Shown here in pieces: positions 43,802 through 52,870 of a stretch of 64,000 nucleotides of DNA. Location: positions 124,001 through 188,000 of the IMG/VR virus record IMGVR_UViG_3300036846_000743, one strand, 5' to 3'. Numbering within the stretch: position 1 is the stretch's first letter; each line of letters opens with the position of its first letter. Below the pieces are notes generated by a model. It was not told the DNA's origin. It made no database searches and saw nothing but the letters and a program-made list of their open reading frames with translations. The translations under genes were made by a program, and so were the position numbers.

Positions 43802-44458
43802 TCAGAAATGCGCCGCCACAACTCCCGGTTGGTGAATCACTGGCAGCTTGTGCGCGCAGCGCAGATAAGCCCCGAAATAGTCGGCGTCATGCCGCTCCTG
43901 TGCGTGCTTGAAAACGCCCAGCTCACAGGCCCTGATCGTGGGGAAAGCCATGCAGGTCAGATCAACTTCGCCGGGCCTGAGATCATCGACCGGGTGCTTG
44001 CGGCTCGGCCGCACGCCCAGATACATGGGATGCGGCAGCAAGACCTGGGGATTGTATTCGCGCGTCACCCACCAGTCGATGTCGACCAGCGACAAACAGC
44101 CAGGCACCCTGGCGATGTTCTCGGCGTGGGCCAGTAAGTAGTCAGGATACAGCATACAGTCGTGTCCGATGATCACCGTGTAGTCGCCGGTCGCCAGCTC
44201 CAGCCCGCGGCGGCGTGAGACATTGCCCCATTTACCCGGCGCGCTGGGTAAGGTAACGAAGCTGAACCGCTCGGGCATGCCCGGTTCCATCAGCGTCGTG
44301 AGAAAGTCATCGAAGATAGCGCGGGCAACAGGGTGCGCGCCGTCGGCCACGAAGATCACGTTCCAGTCAGCCAGCTTTTGCCGCAATATCGTGGAAAGAA
44401 TATTGGGCATGAGCCCTTCCCGCTCATAAACCGTGACGACGATGGTGAACTGGCTCAT
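43802..44458 (-). CDS. Family 2 glycosyltransferase
   Basis: Start MSQFTIVVTVYERE; FVADG, GNVSRRRGLELATGDY..IGHDC. Confidence 0.85.
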   Translation of the reverse strand: MSQFTIVVTVYEREGLMPNILSTILRQKLADWNVIFVADGAHPVARAIFDDFLTTLMEPGMPERFSFVTLPSAPGKWGNVSRRRGLELATGDYTVIIGHDCMLYPDYLLAHAENIARVPGCLSLVDIDWWVTREYNPQVLLPHPMYLGVRPSRKHPVDDLRPGEVDLTCMAFPTIRACELGVFKHAQERHDADYFGAYLRCAHKLPVIHQPGVVAAHF

Positions 44459-45171
44459 AGCGCGACCCACGGCTTGATCGGGTGATGTCGGCAGCGGAAG
44501 AACGGGTTCCCCAGCCGTTGCTTGTTCCAGGGATCCCTGGTGCGGCCCGGCGAGAGCGAAATGCACTGCATATTCAACCGCCACAGACAGTACGCAAATG
44601 ACAGCTGGTCGCGCCGGCTGCCACGCTCGATCTCGCCCCACCACAGCTCGGAAAGCCGTCTGAGCTGCCCGCTGTGCCGCCGCAACAAGATCGATGTTTC
44701 GTGCAGCTTGTAACCCTTGCTGTCAAAGCCTTCCTCGCAGTAGCGCAGCATCTGGGCCTGAACCACGGCCGGATCGTCAACCGGGATGGAGATGACCTGC
44801 TCGGCTTCTTCTTCGAGCGTATTCCGCGAAGGATGCCGGAAGCTGGCGATGTCCGGCCCCCGCAGGAACCATTCGGGGAACCAGGAGATATCGGCCACCG
44901 GTTCGTAATTTGCGTCCATCCAGATCGAGTATTCGTACTCCGGAAAACACTCCATGGGATTGTGCTTGTGCCAGCGGGCCGTACGCACCGGATCGGTCGC
45001 GTGTCGCCAGAGCAGCGGCCGCACGACCCACGGCGCTGTGCTGATCTGGGGATCAAGCTCCTTATCGAGGAAAAGCACATAGTCGAACTGAGGACAGACG
45101 AACGATACCTGCGGGCAAGGATCTCGGTCGGCGACGATGCAGGTGTAAAAGACCGTCTTCATGCTGATCAT
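44455..45171 (-). CDS. DUF616 (TOD1/MUCI70-like) glycosyltransferase
   Basis: VFYTCI, RWHKHNP, YSIWMDA, FRHPSR, RDQLSFAYCLW. Confidence 0.8.
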   Translation of the reverse strand: MISMKTVFYTCIVADRDPCPQVSFVCPQFDYVLFLDKELDPQISTAPWVVRPLLWRHATDPVRTARWHKHNPMECFPEYEYSIWMDANYEPVADISWFPEWFLRGPDIASFRHPSRNTLEEEAEQVISIPVDDPAVVQAQMLRYCEEGFDSKGYKLHETSILLRRHSGQLRRLSELWWGEIERGSRRDQLSFAYCLWRLNMQCISLSPGRTRDPWNKQRLGNPFFRCRHHPIKPWVAL

Positions 45172-45992
45172 CCGCGGTAATGGTGGGTGATGTCCTCGTG
45201 GAGCCGGGCCAGGGACATCTCACGGACTTCTCCTCGCCAGTGATAGTCGGCTTCGACGGCGTCATTCCCCGTGTGGATGTGATAACACCGGGCGATGCTC
45301 CGGCACATGTTCTCGTGCAGGAGCCTGAGCTGTCGGTGCGAGTTGAAGTCATGCCCGAGCCGGATCAGTAATTCGATCTTGTCGAGATGGCCGAAATGAT
45401 AGGACTCATCGTAGCGAATGCCCAGGTTCCAGCCGTGCCGAGTGATGATGAGCTGAGGCTCGTCCAGCTCAGCAGTCGGCACTGGCACACCTGCCAGCGC
45501 AGCATTCCAGGATGCATGACTGATCCGGAGCATCGGCAGCGAGTAGGCCAGCTTGCCTTTGCCGTCGACGTGATCACTCACGATCTCGGCCATGACTTCT
45601 TCCCATAGGTCCCATGTAAACCCGCAGTCGCCATCCAGGACGGCTGCGAACTGGGCGCCATGCTCATCGAAAGCGATGCGGAGGCCCTCGTTGCGGGCGT
45701 GGTTAATTCCGGGGCAGTAAAGCAAGCGATCGTCGCGACCCTTGGCCTTGAAGTAGGGATCTTCCCTGAACACCAGTTCGCGAAGTCGGCCCCGGTACCC
45801 GGGCGCGAGCAGCTTGCAGTAGGCCGCGACCAGCTCCGGGTTCCAGACCCGGTTGATGATCCAGTACTTGGTCACGCCGCCCAGTTCTGGCTCCCTGAGT
45901 AATTGCTCGAGCACGACCAGCCTGCTGCCTGGCAGATCACGAGGTGGCAGCTCATTGCCCAGGATCCTGATCACGAAGAAAAGCGGTCTCAT
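45168..45992 (-). CDS. GT-A fold glycosyltransferase-like protein
   Basis: Start MRPLFFVIRILGN; INHARN, AVLDGDC. Confidence 0.65.
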   Translation of the reverse strand: MRPLFFVIRILGNELPPRDLPGSRLVVLEQLLREPELGGVTKYWIINRVWNPELVAAYCKLLAPGYRGRLRELVFREDPYFKAKGRDDRLLYCPGINHARNEGLRIAFDEHGAQFAAVLDGDCGFTWDLWEEVMAEIVSDHVDGKGKLAYSLPMLRISHASWNAALAGVPVPTAELDEPQLIITRHGWNLGIRYDESYHFGHLDKIELLIRLGHDFNSHRQLRLLHENMCRSIARCYHIHTGNDAVEADYHWRGEVREMSLARLHEDITHHYRG

Positions 45993-47026
45993 CGCGTCTT
46001 CCACACCTCCCGCGGAACAGCGTCTAACCATGCGGCCTCGAAGTCAAGCCGCCGCTGTTCCAGACCGATCGAGCAGCCTGCGGATATCCGCGACAATTCG
46101 GCCGGTTCGGTGAGGAGCATGAGCGCGTCGATCAGGCTCTGTCGATCTGCCGGCATGAGCAGTGTCAGCTCATCGGGGACGAAACTGGCAGCCGAGCAGG
46201 GAACCAGTATCGAATTCCTGGGGTTTGCCAGCTCATCGAGCGTCTGGGTGTCGAACCCCACGATGGGCGTTCCCATGTGGAGCGAGAACAAGGCCCACAT
46301 GCCGAAGTTGTAGATGGTCGACGAGAGCAGAGTTACCGAGTGCTCGCCACAGCGCAGAAGCTGTTGCTGATAGTTCACCGGCCGATCGAGAGTCAGCCGG
46401 GGCTCGATCTTCGCCAGGTTTTCGAGCCGCTTGACCAGGACACCGCGGCGACCATCCATCGAAACTGTAACCTGAACAGACTGATCATATTCGAACAACG
46501 CCTCGACGACATCGATGACCGAGCCGTCACCGCTATCTTCCGGTCGGTCGACCGGGGGCACGTAAACCTTGAGTGATCCATCGGGTTGCCGGTTCGTGAC
46601 CGGCAGCATCGGGCTCCACGGACATAAGGTCGCATTGCGCAAGCCGCGATCCTTGAGTATATGGACCCAGTGCTGACTGGGAGCCATGACCCGCCAGAAC
46701 TGCCGACCAGCTTCACCGATCGCGCGCAGATCATCCCAGTCAGGTACCAGGATAGCGCGCTTGCCAGCCTTGGCCACCCAGGTCGGCTGAGCTGGCTGCG
46801 GGCAAAATGTCCAGATCACGATATCGAGCGTGGCCGCCCAGTCAGTAAACCGGATCTGCGAATCATGCCGGACCCGTTTGTCCCAGAAACTGCTCACCAG
46901 TGGCTTCCTGGGCGTCGGCGTCAGGATGGTCACATCATGCTGCCACTGGCTCATCAGATCGGCGATCTGGATGGCCGCGTAGGTTGAGATCCGACGTTGC
47001 CATCGGGTATAGATGCCGACGTTCAT
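45989..47026 (-). CDS. GT-B fold (GT4-like) glycosyltransferase
   Basis: VMAPSQHW, FGMWALFSLHMGTPIVGFD (GT4 C-terminal motif variant). Confidence 0.65.
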   Translation of the reverse strand: MNVGIYTRWQRRISTYAAIQIADLMSQWQHDVTILTPTPRKPLVSSFWDKRVRHDSQIRFTDWAATLDIVIWTFCPQPAQPTWVAKAGKRAILVPDWDDLRAIGEAGRQFWRVMAPSQHWVHILKDRGLRNATLCPWSPMLPVTNRQPDGSLKVYVPPVDRPEDSGDGSVIDVVEALFEYDQSVQVTVSMDGRRGVLVKRLENLAKIEPRLTLDRPVNYQQQLLRCGEHSVTLLSSTIYNFGMWALFSLHMGTPIVGFDTQTLDELANPRNSILVPCSAASFVPDELTLLMPADRQSLIDALMLLTEPAELSRISAGCSIGLEQRRLDFEAAWLDAVPREVWKTR

Positions 47027-47039
47027 TCACCACCCCGGC

Positions 47040-47927
47040 TCAACCAGCCTTCGGCCGGACTTGCTGCGACCGGTGCGGCATATCCTTTCCGCGATCATAA
47101 AGGACCCAATCCAGGTCTTCCGGAAGCGACGCCGCGATGGCGTCTGCCACACCCGGTTCGAGTAGCTCGCGCCACTCGTCAACAGTTGAATGGTCTAGTC
47201 CCACCGGCCGCGCCTTGCGCTGCTCTTCGACCCAGTGCGGATAAGTGAACATGGTCTTCCCGTCCTGCGCGTAGCTGTTCGCCGGGCTCGTCATGGCCGG
47301 GTCGTAGTCGATCCCGATGAACTCAGCGATCCGTGACATCTGCTGCTCGGGAAAGAGCACCACATCCTCGAATCGCACCAGCAGGACCGGCCTGTCAGCA
47401 TCCAGCGCAGCCACGGCATCACTGGTCATGTGTGCGTAACGGTGCGCGGCGCTGACGGGGTTTTCCTTGTACCAGGGTCGCTTGCACCACGAGCAGTAAA
47501 CTGCTCGCGGATCTCTGACCATGACGAGCGTCGGTATGTCCGGCATTTTGGAAAAGACGTGGCTGATCAGGTAGCCGATGTAGAAAACGCTCCTGTCGAC
47601 CAGGATATCCCGATCATGGATCCCGTAGTGCGCAACTATATGGTCGAAGACTTCCGCGTACATGCTTTGCCAGCTACCAGTGGCCCTGATGGTCTTGTCG
47701 GCAATCTTCTCCAGTTCGGCTTCAGTTATGACTCGGCCGAGCGGTGGCAGGGGCCCTTCCCCCGATATTGGCGCAAATGGATCTACGTATGGAGGTTTGG
47801 TGTTAATGTTTAGAATCCCCACCTCAGTCTCCGCGAGGATCCGGGGATGAGCCCGCAGCAGGTCCAGCATCAAGGTGGTGCCGCTGTTCGTGACCCCGCA
47901 AAGAGCCAAGACCTTTGTAAGTAGCAT
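47040..47927 (-). CDS. Sulfotransferase family protein
   Basis: LCGVTNSGTTLM (5'-PSB loop), MVRDPRAVYCSW (3'-PB), LLVRFEDVV. Confidence 0.85.
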   Translation of the reverse strand: MLLTKVLALCGVTNSGTTLMLDLLRAHPRILAETEVGILNINTKPPYVDPFAPISGEGPLPPLGRVITEAELEKIADKTIRATGSWQSMYAEVFDHIVAHYGIHDRDILVDRSVFYIGYLISHVFSKMPDIPTLVMVRDPRAVYCSWCKRPWYKENPVSAAHRYAHMTSDAVAALDADRPVLLVRFEDVVLFPEQQMSRIAEFIGIDYDPAMTSPANSYAQDGKTMFTYPHWVEEQRKARPVGLDHSTVDEWRELLEPGVADAIAASLPEDLDWVLYDRGKDMPHRSQQVRPKAG

Positions 47928-47951
47928 TGGTCGTCTCCGTTCGCTGGCAGC

Positions 47952-49946
47952 TCAGACATCCACTATCCGCACCCGCCGAGGTCGCTTCAGCATCAGCCCC
48001 GTCGGCACCGGCAGCGGTGCCGCCGCGCCTTGCTTGCCATACTGCTGGGCTAGTACCTGCTGTCCTCCCTGCATCTGGGCCTCCTGCTTCTGGTCGTCCA
48101 TCCGCGACTTGACGAGCGCGTGCAACGTAGGATCAGTCTTCTTGAGGGAGATCAGCTCGCTCTGTCGCTGACTGTCGGGCAGGCTCTGAAGCTGGCCCGC
48201 GATCTCCTCGGCCTTGGCCATCAGTTCCTGGGGTGTAACCGGCGTATTGGCACCACCACCTGCTGCGCCAGCGGCCCCTCCACCGCCTGGAGGCGCGCCA
48301 CCCGGAGGAGCGCCGCCACCGCCGCCAGCGTCCGGAGGTGCACCTCCTGCTGGAGCACCTCCCGGCGGCGCTCCACCCGCAGCAGCGCCTTGGACCGCCT
48401 GTTGCATCTGTGCTTCATCGGCCATCTCCTCCTGCATCTTCTGGGTCTCGTCGGCAACGAACTTCTCTTCCTCCAGCATCTGCTTCTGCTCATCCTCGAA
48501 GTCCATGCCGACCGAGCGAAGCCCGGTGGTTTGCGAGATCTGCTTGCCCATCATGAGCTGGAGCTTGGCCGCCTGACGGTTCATGTCGTCGGCGTGAGTG
48601 ACCTTCATGAGCCGCGCGGTGACTGGCTCCCAGTTCAAAGCCTTGGCGAGCGATTCGACCAGCCAGCCCAGGAAGCCATTCATGTTGTGCGTGAGCGGTG
48701 CCCAGTAGCTCTCGAAGAGCCGCAGGGCCGGCGGAGCCGCCGACATGGTCAAGGTCCCCTTGTACATGTCGGCCGGGATACCAGCTGCGTTCAACAGGTG
48801 ATCAATGCCCTGGTCAAGCAGGTCCTTGGGTGCCAGCTGGTTGGCATCGCCACCCATGGCCTTGTATTCCAGTGGGAACGGGATCACGTTCCAGCGGGCT
48901 GGATCTTTGCGGCGCGCCGCCAGCATGCGGTTCACCCGCGAGACGAACGTACCCATGTTGGCACCGAGCACGGGATCCTGGGCCGCCGGATCGGCAGCCC
49001 CGCCCTTGGACGCCGGCATGATCACCCGGAATGGGATCACGTAGTCCAGGGCGATGGCTTCGTTGTATCTGTGCAGGACCTGGACGTACCAAGCCTGGCC
49101 GAAGTTCGACAGGACTTTCGAGATGCCCCAGCCCTTGTTGCGGACACCGGCTAGAGCATCGTCTTTCATGTGATAGATGATGCCGGGGTCGAACTGGAGC
49201 ATCTTGTTGTTCTTGACCGCCTGGATCACTTCCCAGTTGGCACGCTCGAGATGGAACAGCTTGCCGCGGCGAATGTCCTGCCGGTAGTCCTCGGGGATCT
49301 TCCAGATGTAGGACGTATCGTCGGTCAACGTGTCATAGAGGATCTCCATGTAGTGGGGGTCCCACCGCTTGACATGAACGTCCGCTTCCTCGCCAGAGCG
49401 ACGATCGATGTGATGCCAGGCGCCGTTGTAATTGCACTCCGAGTTGGGACACTTGGCATGGAAGTCGAAGTCCTGCCACTGAAAGTGGAAGTCAGGTGTG
49501 CTGTAAACTTTTCGTAAGGGCCACTCGGTATAGCAGCGAGGGCAGCTCAGATAGCGCCGGAACGGTATAACTACAGATGTGAATGAGTTTCCGTAGCATG
49601 CATAGTCCGTGGCCACGTAGTTCAGGACGCTCTTGTAGTCGATCGTCTCGTCAAGGAACTCCTTGAATTTATCTTTCTCCTCGCGGCTGGCATCCTGGGA
49701 GCTGACTTCGATATCGGTGATGAAGTAAGAGACGATGCGCCTCATGGCCTCCCGGTACACGCCCATCTTGCTAAAGATGAACTCGCACCAGTACATTATA
49801 TCTCTGGGATGCTCAGGCATCACAGTTGAAGCCATGTCGCAAAATGGATCTGGGAAATTCTCGCTGCCTCGCATCGTGAAGTTCCCCGATGCGAAGAGCT
49901 TGTTGTCGCTGACGGTAAGACTCATCGTGTCGTCCTTGACGGCCAA
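47952..49946 (-). CDS. Probable portal protein with zinc-ribbon insertion
   Basis: DYACYGNSF and IYHMK..LAG...WGISKV resemble portal motifs; CPRC..CPNSEC insert; Q/E coiled coil and G/P-rich tail; possible start at 49925. Confidence 0.6.
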   Translation of the reverse strand: MAVKDDTMSLTVSDNKLFASGNFTMRGSENFPDPFCDMASTVMPEHPRDIMYWCEFIFSKMGVYREAMRRIVSYFITDIEVSSQDASREEKDKFKEFLDETIDYKSVLNYVATDYACYGNSFTSVVIPFRRYLSCPRCYTEWPLRKVYSTPDFHFQWQDFDFHAKCPNSECNYNGAWHHIDRRSGEEADVHVKRWDPHYMEILYDTLTDDTSYIWKIPEDYRQDIRRGKLFHLERANWEVIQAVKNNKMLQFDPGIIYHMKDDALAGVRNKGWGISKVLSNFGQAWYVQVLHRYNEAIALDYVIPFRVIMPASKGGAADPAAQDPVLGANMGTFVSRVNRMLAARRKDPARWNVIPFPLEYKAMGGDANQLAPKDLLDQGIDHLLNAAGIPADMYKGTLTMSAAPPALRLFESYWAPLTHNMNGFLGWLVESLAKALNWEPVTARLMKVTHADDMNRQAAKLQLMMGKQISQTTGLRSVGMDFEDEQKQMLEEEKFVADETQKMQEEMADEAQMQQAVQGAAAGGAPPGGAPAGGAPPDAGGGGGAPPGGAPPGGGGAAGAAGGGANTPVTPQELMAKAEEIAGQLQSLPDSQRQSELISLKKTDPTLHALVKSRMDDQKQEAQMQGGQQVLAQQYGKQGAAAPLPVPTGLMLKRPRRVRIVDV

Positions 49947-49955
49947 GGTGCATCA

Positions 49956-49969
49956 ATACGCTGCGTAAC
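49956..49969. promoter_or_regulatory. Palindromic element ATACGCTGCGTAAC (copy 4, inverted orientation)
   Basis: Intergenic directly upstream of the portal gene. Confidence 0.55.
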
Positions 49970-49976
49970 GCCGAAC

Positions 49977-50156
49977 TCACCCTGTCTTCAGCTTATCCTT
50001 GACCATGTCGGAGTCTCGCTTGTGCTGATCTTGCTGATCCAGCTCTTCCACAGTCTTCCTGGGCTGAACCGCAGCCTCCTTGGGGCTCAGTGACTTGGGA
50101 TTGCTAAGATCAGGCGTGATGTCAGGACCAATCACGCCGCGTTTTTCCATGCTCAT
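49977..50156 (-). CDS. Small hypothetical protein (59 aa, below track cutoff)
   Basis: MSMEKRGVIGPDITPDLSNPKSLSPKEAAVQPRK...; ATGA overlap and SD GGGAGG. Confidence 0.6.
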   Translation of the reverse strand: MSMEKRGVIGPDITPDLSNPKSLSPKEAAVQPRKTVEELDQQDQHKRDSDMVKDKLKTG

Positions 50157-51130
50157 GACTCGCCTCCCTGTGATACGCGTTCCTCGATCAGCAAACTGAC
50201 GTAGGTTCGACCCGTATCCGGGTCCGTGAATGATTGATCAGGCCAGACCAGCTTGTAGTCCATCGGGTCGCCTTCGACTCGAGCGGCAAACGGTCCATCG
50301 ATCTGGGGGAGATACTTGTTGCCGCCCTGGTATCGCTCATCGTAAACCAGGACGAATTGCTGGTTGCTGATGATGACCCGGTGATAGTAGGCTTCATGCA
50401 GCCCGAAGCCAGGCACGCCAAAGGTCACTTTCTTGGTCGGCGGGCTGACCGGCATGGATGCCGCTGCGACTTCGACAGGCTGCGCGCGGGACTTCTGAAA
50501 AGCACCAAGCAAACCGCCTTGCGGTTCGCCGGACTTTGTTTGAGGCTGGGTCTGGACGACCGTGTTATTGAAGCTCGCGGCCTTGATGGTTCGTGGGCCA
50601 GTTTCTGGCGGGGCCGACGGGATTGACCCCTGAACATCATTCTGGGGAACCGTGATGACCTGCTTGGGCTCGGGCGATTGTGGCGGTGCTGGAGCATCCT
50701 GGGATCGCTGGGAAGCGCCGATCAGATGGAAGGCAGCCGCACCCTGGAGCCGTACCTGCTCGATTGCGGGAAGCTGACTGCCGTGTTTTTCTGCGTATTC
50801 CCTACCCAAGGTCGCGGCCTCCTCAGCAATGTCCTGAGTAACCCGATCCAGGTCCACGACGACCGACTGGCCTTCGATATGGGGGTCGATGTGAATGCGC
50901 CTGTGCGGCGGCTTGTGCGGGTCGTAAGCCCTTGATCCACCAAGTGGTTTGGCATGCGGAACCACTACCCCGCGCAGTTGTTTCCCGCCGACCGACGACG
51001 GCATGTACCTGGCCAAGCTGGTGCCGTCGTCGAAGCCGACTTGTTCGGGCCGCTGGTATTCCGCGGATGCTTGCCGGTCCGTCTGATCGATGAACGGATG
51101 CAGCGAGATGCCCATAATGCCGCCTTTCAA
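50153..51130 (-). CDS. Hypothetical protein (two domains joined by a P/Q-rich linker)
   Basis: About 320 aa; alternative start at 51115. Confidence 0.75.
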   Translation of the reverse strand: MKGGIMGISLHPFIDQTDRQASAEYQRPEQVGFDDGTSLARYMPSSVGGKQLRGVVVPHAKPLGGSRAYDPHKPPHRRIHIDPHIEGQSVVVDLDRVTQDIAEEAATLGREYAEKHGSQLPAIEQVRLQGAAAFHLIGASQRSQDAPAPPQSPEPKQVITVPQNDVQGSIPSAPPETGPRTIKAASFNNTVVQTQPQTKSGEPQGGLLGAFQKSRAQPVEVAAASMPVSPPTKKVTFGVPGFGLHEAYYHRVIISNQQFVLVYDERYQGGNKYLPQIDGPFAARVEGDPMDYKLVWPDQSFTDPDTGRTYVSLLIEERVSQGGES

Positions 51131-51693
51131 TTGACTTTGGATCCTTTGCGCAGGTTATCGTCGCGCCACAGCGGTTGCAAGTTAGTCAGGGCCCAACAAG
51201 CCACAAAGTCAGGATCATCAACTGTTCTATACTTGAACTTCGCTTGAGGAATGACATGGTCAATATGCCATTCACCATAATTATCCCAAGTCATGCCTGG
51301 GAGGAATCTCGACTCCAAATGGGTCTTGAGTTCCTGAACCGTATAGCCGACGAGCCCAAAGCAGCGGCCGCGGCGCAACCCTCGTTTGATGGTGTGGCTG
51401 ATCGTCGTTGCAATACCAGTCCGGATCCGCCAATTGATGCTGCGTCTCTGCCACGCCCTCGTGTTCGCCAGAACTTTAGCCGTGTTCTTGCGATAATATC
51501 CCCTCACAGACTTTCTGACAGAGCTGCGATAACGCTCGAGATTCGCTGGATTCGCCAACCATTGACCTTGGTAGTTTTTCTTGCATTCCTTGCAATAGGT
51601 ATCCAGACCATCCTTTCGCCGCAACAACTTGTGAAAGTCGGCAACTGGTTTCGTGCGCTTGCATCGATAACACGACTTCACAAGCACCTTCAC
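51127..51693 (-). mobile_element. Free-standing HNH homing endonuclease
   Basis: CYRC..DG....CKEC, HLESRFLPGMTWDNYGEWHIDHVIP, NLQPLWRDDNLRK; AT-richer than flanks. Confidence 0.9.
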
Positions 51694-51725
51694 CTCCTTG
51701 GGACCTACTCTAGCATCGAATAGCT

Positions 51726-51782
51726 AAAAAAAAGAGGCCGGCTGCCGCTTGACCCCTGATGGGACCAAACAACAGCCGACCC
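51726..51782 (-). terminator. Rho-independent terminator
   Basis: About 22-bp hairpin (GGGTCGGCTGTTGTTTGGTCCC-ATCA-GGGGTCAAGCGGCAGCCGGCCT, several G:U pairs) followed by C then T8. Confidence 0.85.
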
Positions 51783-51872
51783 GTCCCCACGTCACCACCA
51801 CGCGACGCGTACCTGGTTAATTCTTGCACCCAAGCGATCTTCACCGCCCGAAGACGACCAGAGCGTCGACGA

Positions 51873-52433
51873 TCAGTTGAGTTCAGCCTCAGCCTTGGCC
51901 TTGGCTCGTGCAGCTGCCGCCTGGTTAGCCGCCTGGTCAGCAGCCTTCTCTTTGGCATCCCTCTTGGCCTTGGCATCCTTGATGAACTTCTTGGCCTTCT
52001 TGGCCATCTCTGCCGCTTCAGCTTTGGCTTGGGCTTGAACCTTGTGCTTGTGCTCCGTGACAGCCATGGTCCTCGCGGTGAGATCTCTGAGCATCGAAGT
52101 AGCTGCCTGCGTAACCTGCATGTCACCGTCCGCTGCAAGTACCAGGTCGGCGACCAGCGAGACCAGCATGGCCGCGCCTGGCTGACTATTCTCGCAGAAC
52201 CGCCAAGACATCTTCTGGAGTTCGATCATATCGGTTGCGACCTGCGCGCCGAATCGCTTGGTCAGTTCGCTGCGCATGGACTCCCACCGCTGTATCATCC
52301 CCTGATGGTACTGATCATGATCCTGCCAGATCTTGGCGTCGCTCATGGGCGGAAACCCGAAATGCGAACCAATTAACTCGAGAATGATCATCAGCCCCGG
52401 TGGGATATCATCGTCGTTCTTGCGCGTTTTCAA
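51873..52433 (-). CDS. Hypothetical helical protein with Ala/Lys-rich tail
   Basis: TTG start after AAGGAGG. Confidence 0.7.
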   Translation of the reverse strand: MKTRKNDDDIPPGLMIILELIGSHFGFPPMSDAKIWQDHDQYHQGMIQRWESMRSELTKRFGAQVATDMIELQKMSWRFCENSQPGAAMLVSLVADLVLAADGDMQVTQAATSMLRDLTARTMAVTEHKHKVQAQAKAEAAEMAKKAKKFIKDAKAKRDAKEKAADQAANQAAAARAKAKAEAELN

Positions 52434-52486
52434 GGCATACCTCCTTCGTAGGGAACGAGAACAGGACATGGCAGAGCCACAGCGGC

Positions 52487-52870
52487 TCACCGCTTGTCGG
52501 CCTGGAAGCCGTAGTAGAGCCTGGGTCGATGGGTAAAGTAAAGTGACCCCAGCTGATTGTCCACCAGACGACGAACCACGAGCATCGGGGCCGCGAAGCC
52601 GACCGGCTCGAAGTGTTCGGAGAGTTCCTTGGTGTTGAAGACGTTGTCCTTGCCGTGCTGAGCTTCGAGTTGTGCGCGGAGCAATTCCTCGGCCATGTCG
52701 TCGCGCGCTCTGAGAAGCTCCTGGGCTTCTTCGTCGGTCACCTCGGTCGTCCCGGCCGCCTCTGCGGCCTGGATGATCATTGCGCCGGCCGTGGCCAGCG
52801 CATCATGCGCTGGCTGGTTGACCTCCGGCAACAGCTCTCGCCTTCTCGCTTCAGTCGGATCGGTGCTCAT
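52487..52870 (-). CDS. Conserved phage hypothetical protein
   Basis: F.T.EL...FE..GFAAP..VVRR..D...GSL.F.H.PR.Y.GF. Confidence 0.8.
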   Translation of the reverse strand: MSTDPTEARRRELLPEVNQPAHDALATAGAMIIQAAEAAGTTEVTDEEAQELLRARDDMAEELLRAQLEAQHGKDNVFNTKELSEHFEPVGFAAPMLVVRRLVDNQLGSLYFTHRPRLYYGFQADKR

